Shown one piece after another: positions 39,104-48,880 of a stretch of 64,000 nucleotides of DNA. A model generated the notes under the pieces. It was not told where the DNA came from. It saw only the letters and a list, made by a program, of their open reading frames with translations, and did no database searches. Each line of letters begins with the position of its first letter. Position 1 is the first letter of the stretch. Source of the DNA: Escherichia phage ECO07P2; sequence record OP172785; one strand, 5' to 3'. The position numbers were made by a program, and so were the translations under genes.

Positions 39104-40530
39104 TAAAATTTTAATTCATTTGCCAAAGCATCTAACTGAGCTCGAGCGGATTCGTTTCTTTGATAGCGATTCTGTTCAGCCTGAATCTGCTGTGAACCTG
39201 CTACTTCGTTCACTTCAGTTGGAGTAGAATCTTGTTCAATTTCTACCCATTTCTGATTTCCTTTTTGAACACCCATCAAAAACTTATTCCATTTATTCTT
39301 ATCACCGTATCGTGATTTGATTTGCTTAATGAGTTGTTGTTCAGCAGCTGCTAACTCCTCAGTTTCAATGACCGCAAGCATAAAATCGGCTGTTGCTGGA
39401 AGACCGGCAGATTCTGCAATATCGCTCATGTTAACATCAGAAGAATCCCAAGCTTGCTTACCAACCTGTGCTGCAGTCCAAAGAACAGTTTCGGTTTCAA
39501 CAGCCAGAGCACGCAATTCTTCTGCGATGGCTTTAACAGTTGTGTAACTATTTTCTGAGTAAACTCTGATGCGGCAAGATTTACAAATACCTAGATAGTC
39601 GACAATAATGATTGTTGGAACAAAATTCTTCTTGAGCTTTAATTCATTTAAAAGCGACCGAAATGTATTAGCGTCTGCTCCACCAGTAGGATACTGTTTA
39701 ACGATTAAACGACCGAGAGTAGATTTCTCACGCCATTTTTCCATTTTTCCTTTATACTCAGCGTAAGAAATATGCCCATCATCAATGTCATCAAGAGAAA
39801 CATCAAGCATATTAGCGTCAATACGCTTAGCACAGACTTCTTCTGCCATTTCCATGGAAATGTAAAGAACATTATGTCCGAGCTGCAAATAATCTGCTGC
39901 CAATGAACATAGACCTAATGACTTACCAACGTTAACACCAGCCATTAAAACGTTCAGTGTTCCAGTCTCAGCTCCGCCTTTAGTAATTTTATTTAGAATT
40001 TTGAGTTTAAATGGAACCTTACGAGCTTTATTCATATAAGATAGCCAACGTGCTTCGTAGTCATCCATCCAATCATGGCCAACGTAGCTATCAAATGAAA
40101 TTGATAATGCTTGGCGCATGATGTCAGGAATAGCACCTACATCTGGCATTTTCTTATTTCGTTTTTCTGGAGGAAGCTCAGCATTAGTTTGAATTTCAAT
40201 TATTTTAGATGTGGCGTTAAACATCGCCCTTTGCTGAACGTATTTTTCTGTTTCTTTTACTAACCAGCTATGGTCTTCTGGAGAATCGGTTAGTTTCGAA
40301 ATAAGTGTTTTTACACCAGAATATTCTGTTTCAGTAAATGAACTATTTTCTAATGCAACATTTAACGCATTAATAGATGGAACGCTATGGTACTCATTGA
40401 CATGAGATTTAATTAATTTGAATGTATTTTTAGCTGGACCACTTTCAAAATATTCTGAATCCATATATGGCCAAACTTTTGAAAAATAAGCTTGATCAAA
40501 TATGAGATGAGAAAGAATAATTTCTACCAC
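39103..40530 (-). CDS. 41: replicative DNA helicase gp41 (DnaB-like)
   Basis: 475 aa (T4 gp41 475 aa), Walker A GVNVGKS. Confidence 0.9.
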   Translation of the reverse strand: MVEIILSHLIFDQAYFSKVWPYMDSEYFESGPAKNTFKLIKSHVNEYHSVPSINALNVALENSSFTETEYSGVKTLISKLTDSPEDHSWLVKETEKYVQQRAMFNATSKIIEIQTNAELPPEKRNKKMPDVGAIPDIMRQALSISFDSYVGHDWMDDYEARWLSYMNKARKVPFKLKILNKITKGGAETGTLNVLMAGVNVGKSLGLCSLAADYLQLGHNVLYISMEMAEEVCAKRIDANMLDVSLDDIDDGHISYAEYKGKMEKWREKSTLGRLIVKQYPTGGADANTFRSLLNELKLKKNFVPTIIIVDYLGICKSCRIRVYSENSYTTVKAIAEELRALAVETETVLWTAAQVGKQAWDSSDVNMSDIAESAGLPATADFMLAVIETEELAAAEQQLIKQIKSRYGDKNKWNKFLMGVQKGNQKWVEIEQDSTPTEVNEVAGSQQIQAEQNRYQRNESARAQLDALANELKF

Positions 40531-40539
40531 ACTTACTCC

Positions 40540-40902
40540 TTAAAAGAATTTAAATTTTTTCTTTGACCTTTTATTAAATGCATCTTGTAGTTGCATTGTA
40601 ATACATTTTTCTACATGAGGAGCTAACTCAGCTTTTCTTTCTTGGTCAAGAATAGCAAAGTCCATTACGACTTTTCCATCAACCCAATCTAATTTTGTCA
40701 CATACACAATGTGTGTAGAACCGTCTTCTAGTTTAATGACAATCTCCTGGATAACATTTTCCATAGCAGATTTAATTATCTTAAGAGATTCATTAAAAAG
40801 ACGTTCTTTTCTTTCTTCTTCCCCCTCCGAAGAGGGGGATTCATCGATAATTTCTAGATCTAAATCTAAATCATCTTTATTCATTAAATTCTTCCATATC
40901 AC
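40540..40902 (-). CDS. 40: gp40 head vertex assembly chaperone
   Basis: About 120 aa ORF between 41 and uvsX; precise start uncertain. Confidence 0.65.
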   Translation of the reverse strand: MIWKNLMNKDDLDLDLEIIDESPSSEGEEERKERLFNESLKIIKSAMENVIQEIVIKLEDGSTHIVYVTKLDWVDGKVVMDFAILDQERKAELAPHVEKCITMQLQDAFNKRSKKKFKFF

Positions 40903-42058
40903 TTAACTGGTCTAGGTCAGTTTCTAAATCAGCTGCTGATTTACTTTTACTTTCTGGAGATTTAAATTTTTCAACCTTTGAGTTAATCAATTCGTCAACT
41001 TCAGCTTCAACAATTTCATTACTATCAATAGCACCTAACTGATAAGCGCGTTTAATAGCATCTCGGAATGGTTGATGCTTAAATAAAGGACCCCAGAATG
41101 TAGTACAGTTGGTATCTTTTGCACGCCAAGATTTTTCTTCGCGAATCATCTCGCCAGTTTCTTCATCAAGAAATTCACGAGCATACCAACCGTTTTTAGG
41201 TTTTACTACAAATCCTAATTCAAGAGCCATATCTAACAATCCAGAATAAGGATCGATGCCACCGTCAAATTTAACATCAATGAAGAATTTACTTTTTTCT
41301 TTAACGGTACGAGATTTTTCTACATTTAGAACAAATTGATACCCCTGAAGATCAGAACCATCTTTAATCTGGCGCTTACCGATAATGAATACAGTATCAG
41401 CCGAATACATTACGCCTGTACCACCTGTCATCACGGTTTTACTAAACATCTCAATTGTTTCAATTGTATGGTTAACCGCAACACATGGAATGTTTTTAAT
41501 ACTAAAATAAGGAGTAACAATACGGAATAATGACTTCAGCGATTTAGCACGAGTCATATCTGCCACAGATTTTTCATTCAAGGCATCTTCCGTTTCTTTC
41601 TTAGAAGCCATATTACCGATTGAGTCGATGAATACAATAACTTTTTCACCGCGCTCAATAGCTTCAAGCTGATTCACCATATCAATTTTCAGTTGTTCAA
41701 CTGACTGGATTGGTGTATGAATTACTCGTTCCGGGTCAACTCCCATAGATCGCAAATAAGCTGGAGTGATACCAAATTCGCTATCATAGAATAAACAAAC
41801 CGCATCAGGATATTTGTTCAAATACGCCGCAACCATAGTCAAAGACATATTTGATTTAAAGTGTTTAGAAGGACCTGCAAAAATAGTTAAACCAGACTGC
41901 ATACCACCGTCAATCGCACCTGAAATAGCGATATTAAGCATTGGGATTTTTGTACGGATTACATCCTTTTCATTAAAGAATTTAGATGTAGTCAGTTCAG
42001 CAGTCATTTTAGAAGTGGAAGCTTTAATCAAACGGGATTTTAAATCTGCAATAGACAT
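40877..42058 (-). CDS. uvsX: UvsX recombinase (RecA-like)
   Basis: 393 aa (T4 UvsX about 391 aa), RecA-fold ATPase, acidic C-terminus. Confidence 0.9.
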   Translation of the reverse strand: MSIADLKSRLIKASTSKMTAELTTSKFFNEKDVIRTKIPMLNIAISGAIDGGMQSGLTIFAGPSKHFKSNMSLTMVAAYLNKYPDAVCLFYDSEFGITPAYLRSMGVDPERVIHTPIQSVEQLKIDMVNQLEAIERGEKVIVFIDSIGNMASKKETEDALNEKSVADMTRAKSLKSLFRIVTPYFSIKNIPCVAVNHTIETIEMFSKTVMTGGTGVMYSADTVFIIGKRQIKDGSDLQGYQFVLNVEKSRTVKEKSKFFIDVKFDGGIDPYSGLLDMALELGFVVKPKNGWYAREFLDEETGEMIREEKSWRAKDTNCTTFWGPLFKHQPFRDAIKRAYQLGAIDSNEIVEAEVDELINSKVEKFKSPESKSKSAADLETDLDQLSDMEEFNE

Positions 42059-42135
42059 TCATTTTTTCCATAGGCATCATTATATTTTCCTCACTGGTTA
42101 AAGATAGAGTAATTATAACACAATAAATTTAGGCA

Positions 42136-42984
42136 TTAATCAACTGCTATTGGATGAATAGCATTAAACTTATGAAATGCTTCTGACTTTTCTTTGCGCG
42201 AAACACACATGCGAAGAACCTTTAATGGCTCGTCTTCTTCACCCAACGATTTTCGTTTTTCAATATTAGAAGTTTTCCAACGAGCTTGCTCTGGAAACTC
42301 TCTATTGATTTGCTCAAGCGCTCTATTATGTTTAGAATTACTACGAATTGAACTGCACCCGCCAGGAGCTTGTGCTTTTCCAGATACAACCAGATATTTG
42401 AACAAGGCCAAATGCGGATAACCTTGATTAATTAAATTGAGAAATGCATACATATCTTCGCACAAATCAATTTTTCCATACCCAATTTGTTCTGTCGTAA
42501 GTTTTCCAAGGTCATACCATGTATTCGTGAATCCATATGAATTTTCACGATAATTACCCCAAGATGAAGTAATTTTAAAAATTGGTAGGCGAGCATGGCC
42601 GTGATAATACCCGCAATCCATGGCATCTTCCACGTATTGAATCAATTCATAGAACTGTTCACGAGTTAATTGATTAATTTTATCTACACAGCGACGATCA
42701 TCTTTCTTTCGCATTGAACTCATACGAATAGTAGTATCATCATCAATCATCCAGATTCGTTGACCTGCATACATATCAGTAATTGCTTTACGAGTACCAG
42801 CAATTCCATTAACATCATCAGGAATAGTTATAATTTTAGCTCTAGACCCGTAAGCGTCATAATAAGCTTTTTCTTCGTGTTCACGTACTACAATATGAGG
42901 TTCATAATCAGTCGGAAACATATCAAGGGCAGAAACTGCCCCTACGCGTTGATAGCTTGGAATTACGAATTGAATCATTTCCAC
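42136..42984 (-). CDS. putative DNA glycosyltransferase, GT-A-like with DXD motif, at the beta-gt locus
   Basis: 282 aa; N-terminal QFVIPSYQR and WMIDDDT motif typical of GT-A folds; not the 351 aa T4 beta-gt. Confidence 0.6.
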   Translation of the reverse strand: MEMIQFVIPSYQRVGAVSALDMFPTDYEPHIVVREHEEKAYYDAYGSRAKIITIPDDVNGIAGTRKAITDMYAGQRIWMIDDDTTIRMSSMRKKDDRRCVDKINQLTREQFYELIQYVEDAMDCGYYHGHARLPIFKITSSWGNYRENSYGFTNTWYDLGKLTTEQIGYGKIDLCEDMYAFLNLINQGYPHLALFKYLVVSGKAQAPGGCSSIRSNSKHNRALEQINREFPEQARWKTSNIEKRKSLGEEDEPLKVLRMCVSRKEKSEAFHKFNAIHPIAVD

Positions 42985-43715
42985 TCACCGTTATAATCTT
43001 TTTTCGCAATATGAGTTTCGCCAGTTTTCCACCAATGGTCAACCAAATAAAAATGACGGGAATACACATGAAGGCTCCCGACATTCCATATAATGGAACC
43101 TGCTTTATACTGACGAGTTGAATCACCTGCATTCAAATCAGATACTAATTTATCTAGTACGTATTTTTGCCATGCATAATCATTACGGAATCCGAAGACC
43201 ACGTCATTTGAACGCATGTTAACCACTGCATTGACTTTCTTATCACGAATCAGGTACTGCACTGTATTCGTACACATGAAATCTGACATGCCATCTTTAT
43301 TGTAGTCAAACTGCATGGATGGACGAGTATAAATCATGATACCGCGGCGAGAATCAGGATTTTGACCAAGTTCAGCTAAACACATATCATACTGGGCATA
43401 GTTATCTTCTGACCAGATGGCCCAACCATAATTCGAGTTAATTTCGCCTTTAGAAGATGCTACCTGCTGCCAAATCTTCGGCGTTTCACCTGGAATATCT
43501 TTAACAAACAGACTTTGAGACTTATACCATTCAAGTTCACGCTGAATGTATTCATCATTAAGAGCGCCAAAAATAAAAGGTTCATCTGCTACAAATGATG
43601 CACCAATAATTTCAATAGTTTTAGCCCCGGTTTTATCAATTACGAAATCTTTTTCCTTTAATGCAAGACCCAAATCAAGACGGATTTCTTCAACTGTCAT
43701 ATAATCGTTAATCAT
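42975..43715 (-). CDS. 42: dCMP hydroxymethylase gp42
   Basis: 246 aa (T4 gp42 246 aa), thymidylate-synthase-like. Confidence 0.85.
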   Translation of the reverse strand: MINDYMTVEEIRLDLGLALKEKDFVIDKTGAKTIEIIGASFVADEPFIFGALNDEYIQRELEWYKSQSLFVKDIPGETPKIWQQVASSKGEINSNYGWAIWSEDNYAQYDMCLAELGQNPDSRRGIMIYTRPSMQFDYNKDGMSDFMCTNTVQYLIRDKKVNAVVNMRSNDVVFGFRNDYAWQKYVLDKLVSDLNAGDSTRQYKAGSIIWNVGSLHVYSRHFYLVDHWWKTGETHIAKKDYNGEWK

Positions 43716-43868
43716 TTAAACCTCAATTGATGCATTCATATTTAACTTGTAACAGTAATAAACTCCACCCTATAATAAGCGTTGGAATCATACAAGGAAC
43801 TGCTACGCTATAGTATATACTTATTATAATCATCAAGATTAAAAGCAATACTGCTAAAATTTTGCTTT

Positions 43869-44120
43869 TCATTCCTTCTCTCTGATGATAATTACTTGAT
43901 TTTGCTGTACAGATTTTTTAGTTTCACCTGCAATTGACCAAATAAATGTAATAAACCAACCAATGATTGACCAGTTAAACAGTAAAGATGTGAAAAAGAT
44001 TCCTACTGTCGATTTTGACCCACGCATCAAGGCGATGAACCATGGAAGCATGTATATAATAATAGCCAACACGCCTGAAACTAAAACCATAAAAATTGAA
44101 CCTGCTACTAAAGTTTCCAT
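43869..44120 (-). CDS. imm: superinfection immunity protein Imm
   Basis: 83 aa, two TM segments, T4 Imm length and position. Confidence 0.8.
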   Translation of the reverse strand: METLVAGSIFMVLVSGVLAIIIYMLPWFIALMRGSKSTVGIFFTSLLFNWSIIGWFITFIWSIAGETKKSVQQNQVIIIREKE

Positions 44121-44127
44121 GTTTTCC

Positions 44128-44508
44128 TCACTTAGTCAAATTTTTTACACATGAATTATAAGAATTCACTACATACTCCATCGGAGCATTTTTACCAGTA
44201 CGCCATTGGTAATTATTAGCCCAATTAGCCCAAAGCTCAGCGCAGTAGTTTTCAATTTTTTCTTCGCGTGTAATCACATCTGAATTACGATATGCTTGTG
44301 CAGATTCATCTGGACGAATAGCTTCGTCAAAATTCGCCTGCATTTGTTCTACTGTCTGTTTTGGAGCTTCTTTATAACACTTAACATTAGGATTATAAAA
44401 TTTGCTTGAACAGTTTACAATTTTTCCTACATCAGACTGATTTACTACCGGTCCTTGAGCTACACAACCAGTAAGACCCAATGCAATAACCAAAATAGCG
44501 ATTTTCAT
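44128..44508 (-). CDS. putative lipoprotein (126 aa)
   Basis: Signal peptide MKIAILVIALGLTGC with lipobox LTGC. Confidence 0.55.
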   Translation of the reverse strand: MKIAILVIALGLTGCVAQGPVVNQSDVGKIVNCSSKFYNPNVKCYKEAPKQTVEQMQANFDEAIRPDESAQAYRNSDVITREEKIENYCAELWANWANNYQWRTGKNAPMEYVVNSYNSCVKNLTK

Positions 44509-44520
44509 AATAATTTCCTC

Positions 44521-44772
44521 TTAAAACTTAACAAATAACTTTAAAGCATCTTCAGTTTTAATTCCTTTTCTTACACCCATAACAGAAATTGGCTGTGACT
44601 GAAATTTTCCTTTACCATTATAAATTTCCAATCCTGTCACCATTCCATTTTGTTCTATAATACCGTAAGTATTACCTTCATTTTCAAATTCTTTAACTTT
44701 AAAGAGTTTATTAGCTTTTTCTGCATTAACAACTTTTAAATTTTGAATAAAATTAGTTTGAATATTTTTCAT
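44521..44772 (-). CDS. hypothetical protein (83 aa)
   Basis: Start placed at MKNIQTNF downstream of the early promoter. Confidence 0.5.
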   Translation of the reverse strand: MKNIQTNFIQNLKVVNAEKANKLFKVKEFENEGNTYGIIEQNGMVTGLEIYNGKGKFQSQPISVMGVRKGIKTEDALKLFVKF

Positions 44773-44779
44773 TTTGTGT

Positions 44780-44830
44780 TCCTCCGTAGTTGATAGTTGT
44801 ATAGTACCATGGAAGAACAGGGATGTAAAC
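44780..44830 (-). promoter_or_regulatory. early promoter (PeSL-like, near-identical to 16580..16631)
   Basis: GTTTAC 44825-44830, TACTAT 44801-44806; about 50 nt nearly identical to the copy at 16570-16620, including RBS and start codon. Confidence 0.6.
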
Positions 44831-44918
44831 AGTTTTGTGAAAAAATTTTTAATGAATTCCAGAGGTCCAGAATCATCTATTTTTCCTAAGTATAGATTTA
44901 TATTACTTGTATGAAAAA

Positions 44919-44934
44919 GGGACCCGGAGGTCCC
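44919..44934 (-). terminator. hairpin after gene 43
   Basis: GGGACC-CGGA-GGTCCC. Confidence 0.45.
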
Positions 44935-44947
44935 CAGATTTATTCTA

Positions 44948-47644
44948 TCAGCCAAACAGGAAGTCTAACGAAGCTTTTTCCTCATAGTCCATACCTGCCG
45001 ATTCACACATACCCGCAAGCGGTTTAACAAACGATTTTTGGAACAAAGTTGAGTAGTCAATCCAAGCCAGTACATCAGAACGAATTTCTTTTGGAAGTTC
45101 CGTACCCGATGGCCAAGCAATGCACTTGTCACCAAATGGATTTCCCTCACGTAACGGAAGAACCATTACCTTATTTCCATCCAAAATTGGAGCTACACCT
45201 AAACCACTAACAGCTCGACGATAAGTTAGCACACCGCGAATGTGGAACGGGCATTTAAATCCTGGCCAACCTTTATCATCATATTTCGCTATATCATTCG
45301 CAGTTTTTACTTCAGCAATAACTTTATAGTCAAGTTGACGATATTCTTTCTCAAAGTTCTTGTAGTATTCTTGGACAGACTCTTCGCCTTCCTGAAGAAT
45401 GCGACGAATACTTTCTTCGAGAGCTTCTTGTACTGCTTTTGGTGTTGAACTCTGCTGAGTTTCCATACCCATGATTTTTAGATGTGGTTCAGCAAATCGC
45501 TTATCTTCCATATCATAAACGTTCAGAGCATAACGTTTTTTCGCTTTCCAAAATCCACCAACACCCTTTGAACCAAGTGGAGGGCAAGAAATAGCTTCAC
45601 GGTCCATATGCATCAGATGCTCGCGGTTATTCATATAATCACATAACTCACGATATGCAACATCAATCATAGGTTCCATCTTTTTCTTACCGAACTGATT
45701 CATGAATTCAACTAAATCGTTCTGCTCTTTGAATCGGTCAAGACCTACTTTTTCAATTACTTTATCTACACAAACATATACAGAATCAGTGTCACCCGCT
45801 GCGATGAAATCTTCACCATCAGTTCCACACACTTTATTTAGATATTCATTAATTTTACGAGCAATCCACTGAATACCAACTTGTCCAAAAATCGTGATAG
45901 CAGTAGCATTTCGCAAATCATAGTAGCGGAAATGAATATTACCAAGAGCACCATAAAGACTGTTGATAAGAATTTTACGGTTCAGCTGATTTGTGTTAGC
46001 AAGTGTAGCTGCTTTTTCACATTCTTCGATCAGACTATTAAGAACAGATTCAGTGTAATTCGATAATTCATTTAAGAAATCATCGCTGAACTTAACATAT
46101 CGTTCAACTTCTGGTTTAGTTGAGCAAGACCCTGCACCTTTCATAATAATCTTTTTAATAGCTTCGGCATTCATTTCTTCGGCGAACATTTTCTTTTTCC
46201 AATCTTTACGCTGGAAAAATACTTTAGCGATTTCCTTTGGAATGATACCTTCTTGATGCTTATCATACATCCATCCATTCGGAGAACAAGAATATTCATC
46301 ACTTGGCTTAGGAGCTGTTCCTGCGATATATTCATGAATTGGATGAACTTTAAACTGTCCACGAATAGTCTCAGGACTAATGTTAACCTGACGAATAATG
46401 CTAGGATACAGAGACGTCAAGTCAAAACTCATAATGTATCGACGAGCAATAGGTTTAGGTTCAAACACAAATGCACCTGGAAAACTTTGTTTAACGTGCG
46501 AACCTTGCTGAGGAATAACCTTATGTTCACTTTTCAACGAGTTAAAAATAATAGCATCCCAAGTTTTAATAGGACTCATTACACCAGAAAAAGGCATTTT
46601 AGCATAATAAGACATACTTAAAACTAGATCGATAAACCCACGAATTTTATCAATTGCTTGAACTGATTCTACGTCAATGATGTTATAACTAATGTATCGT
46701 TGATGATTAGTCTCACGAAGTTTATTAATAGGACCATCGTACGGTAATTTACCCTTTTTGGTTTCATGCTGAGCAACTGATTCCAAAGAGAATGATGGCA
46801 AATTAGTAAATGCGAACTTCTTGTACAAATCTAAATAATCAAGAATAGATACGCCATCAATAGAATAAATTTCTTTGCTACCGTACATATTTTGAATTAG
46901 TTTAGATTTTACTCGACCGATTGGAGAGAAGCGTTTCATACTGCGTTCGCCCAGAACCATTTTAACACGATTCATGATATACGGAACGTCAAATCCCTCA
47001 ATATTCCAACCGGTAAAAATAGCAGGTCGTTTCTGTTCCCAGAGATTAATATATTCCATGAGCATATCACGCTCATTATCAAATGGCATATAAATTACTC
47101 GGTCAAGAATTTCTTGAGGAACTTCATCACCACCTTCACAGTCAAGCTTAGCAGCTAACTTTGCATCCCATTTTGATACTGAACCGTACATTGAATTCAA
47201 CAAATCAAAGACGTAAAAACGGTCGTCAATTGAATCATAATGAGTGATAGCATCAATTTCATATTCTGCTTTCATTGGGTCAGGAAATTTATCGCCAGTA
47301 ACCTCAATGTCACAGTTAGCTACACGAACAAATTTTCGGTCATAAACAATTTCTGAACCATATGTATCACTGATATAAGCGAGTTTAAAATCGTTCATAC
47401 CGAGAGCTTCGAGACCGATGTCTTCCATTCGTTTCATCCAATCTCGGGCATCTTTCATTGATGGAAATTTTTGAGGAGCACAGTTTTTACCATAAATGTC
47501 TTTGTATTTTGACTCTTCCTTACAATGCCTAAACATAGTCGGAAGATATTCTACTTCGCGAGTACGTTCCTTTCCGTTTTCATCAATATAACGTTCAACA
47601 ATGCTATTTCCGACTGTTTCAATAGAGATATAAAATTCTTTCAT
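44948..47644 (-). CDS. 43: DNA polymerase gp43 (family B)
   Basis: 898 aa (T4 gp43 898 aa), exonuclease and polymerase motifs including GDTDS. Confidence 0.95.
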   Translation of the reverse strand: MKEFYISIETVGNSIVERYIDENGKERTREVEYLPTMFRHCKEESKYKDIYGKNCAPQKFPSMKDARDWMKRMEDIGLEALGMNDFKLAYISDTYGSEIVYDRKFVRVANCDIEVTGDKFPDPMKAEYEIDAITHYDSIDDRFYVFDLLNSMYGSVSKWDAKLAAKLDCEGGDEVPQEILDRVIYMPFDNERDMLMEYINLWEQKRPAIFTGWNIEGFDVPYIMNRVKMVLGERSMKRFSPIGRVKSKLIQNMYGSKEIYSIDGVSILDYLDLYKKFAFTNLPSFSLESVAQHETKKGKLPYDGPINKLRETNHQRYISYNIIDVESVQAIDKIRGFIDLVLSMSYYAKMPFSGVMSPIKTWDAIIFNSLKSEHKVIPQQGSHVKQSFPGAFVFEPKPIARRYIMSFDLTSLYPSIIRQVNISPETIRGQFKVHPIHEYIAGTAPKPSDEYSCSPNGWMYDKHQEGIIPKEIAKVFFQRKDWKKKMFAEEMNAEAIKKIIMKGAGSCSTKPEVERYVKFSDDFLNELSNYTESVLNSLIEECEKAATLANTNQLNRKILINSLYGALGNIHFRYYDLRNATAITIFGQVGIQWIARKINEYLNKVCGTDGEDFIAAGDTDSVYVCVDKVIEKVGLDRFKEQNDLVEFMNQFGKKKMEPMIDVAYRELCDYMNNREHLMHMDREAISCPPLGSKGVGGFWKAKKRYALNVYDMEDKRFAEPHLKIMGMETQQSSTPKAVQEALEESIRRILQEGEESVQEYYKNFEKEYRQLDYKVIAEVKTANDIAKYDDKGWPGFKCPFHIRGVLTYRRAVSGLGVAPILDGNKVMVLPLREGNPFGDKCIAWPSGTELPKEIRSDVLAWIDYSTLFQKSFVKPLAGMCESAGMDYEEKASLDFLFG

Positions 47645-47650
47645 AGATAT

Positions 47651-47685
47651 TCCTTAGTTTATAGCCCGAGTTATTAGGCTCTTGA
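47651..47685 (-). promoter_or_regulatory. candidate gp43 translational operator (hairpin next to SD)
   Basis: AGCC-loop-GGCU hairpin immediately 5' of the AAGGA RBS of gene 43; T4 gp43 autoregulates via such a site. Confidence 0.4.
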
Positions 47686-47702
47686 TATATTATACTCCAA
47701 AT

Positions 47703-47720
47703 AAGGGGCCGAAGCCCCTT
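47703..47720 (-). terminator. GC tetraloop hairpin
   Basis: AAGGGGCC-GAAG-CCCCTT. Confidence 0.45.
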
Positions 47721-47722
47721 GC

Positions 47723-47944
47723 TTAAATTAATACCATTTGTCGGTGAAAAATTGTCAATCCATCTGCATTAATTGACTTAACCACTGCGGTAAAGTGTTT
47801 TTGTTCTGGGTGAACTAATTTTTGAAATTCTACCTGAAATTTTAGTTGGAGATTTTCTGGTAAATCAAAAAGTGTTTCTGTTGCAGAAAGATTATATTTT
47901 TCTTTAAGAGACACCATGTATTCTTGCGGGGTTATAGCAGTCAT
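47723..47944 (-). CDS. hypothetical protein (73 aa) translationally coupled to regA
   Basis: ATG 1 nt after regA stop; MTAITPQEYMVSLKEKYNLSATE... Confidence 0.45.
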   Translation of the reverse strand: MTAITPQEYMVSLKEKYNLSATETLFDLPENLQLKFQVEFQKLVHPEQKHFTAVVKSINADGLTIFHRQMVLI

Positions 47945-47945
47945 A

Positions 47946-48314
47946 TTAATTACCAATCGTATATTTTGGAACGAGTTTCCATTCATGTTTTTGTTTAAAA
48001 GAAATAACTCGGAAGTTATTGGTTAAATCTTTCATAAAAGTTCTTTGACCAGGAACGATTTCAATCAGCCCCCAATCTTCTAACAGCCATGCAATCGAAT
48101 CACGACGAACTTCATCTTCTTCTGTCATTTCAACCTGGCGACCATCCATACGAAGCATTTCTTTAAAATGAACGATATAGTATAGTCCTTTTTTCTGAAG
48201 AATATGACAGGACTGATACAGAACTTTATCTTTATTATTAGCAATTCCCATGCGAGTCAAAGTTTCTTTTACTTTCAGAAAATCTTCAGGTTTTTTAAGA
48301 GTAATTTCAATCAT
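47946..48314 (-). CDS. regA: translational repressor RegA
   Basis: 122 aa (T4 RegA 122 aa), position between 62 and 43. Confidence 0.85.
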   Translation of the reverse strand: MIEITLKKPEDFLKVKETLTRMGIANNKDKVLYQSCHILQKKGLYYIVHFKEMLRMDGRQVEMTEEDEVRRDSIAWLLEDWGLIEIVPGQRTFMKDLTNNFRVISFKQKHEWKLVPKYTIGN

Positions 48315-48315
48315 T

Positions 48316-48879
48316 TTACCATTCCAATGCTAGTTTTTTGAGTTGTTTCTGTTCTTTTACGTTCTTAGTCACTTCTTTCAAAAAATCATCCGTGACTAAA
48401 CCTTTTAGTTCTTTTAATACTAAAGGAAGTTTTCCATTTTTAGTAAGAATTGATTTATAGTTAATTGCATCATTTGTATTAACTTGATACCGCTTAGCAA
48501 GTAACTTAATAATCAATACTTCAGTAGAATCTTCGACCAGTTTTGCCCATTTACCATATCTTTTACCCCGAGGAACAGCAGCCATCAGGTAATTAAAATG
48601 GGCTTCATCGCTTAAACCTGATCCAATTAAATTCATAGCATATACAGCTGGCATGCATTCAGGAAATTGTGATAATGCATTCTCAACCATGTATTTTGAA
48701 TAATCTTTTTGAGCAATAGAGCATTTAGTTTTATTATTAATAGCTCCAATTATTTCAAAAAATTCATTTTCAGCTTTTTCTTTAAAAGAATCAGCAGCAG
48801 ATTGGACAGCTGTCCAATCTTTTGAATACCAAGCAACTTGATGCTCGTTTAATTGAATATCATCTTCAAATAAGCTCAT
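48316..48879 (-). CDS. 62: clamp loader small subunit gp62
   Basis: Start placed at [22 protein letters not shown] (187 aa), 1 nt after gp44 stop. Confidence 0.85.
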   Translation of the reverse strand: MSLFEDDIQLNEHQVAWYSKDWTAVQSAADSFKEKAENEFFEIIGAINNKTKCSIAQKDYSKYMVENALSQFPECMPAVYAMNLIGSGLSDEAHFNYLMAAVPRGKRYGKWAKLVEDSTEVLIIKLLAKRYQVNTNDAINYKSILTKNGKLPLVLKELKGLVTDDFLKEVTKNVKEQKQLKKLALEW

Positions 48880-48880
48880 A

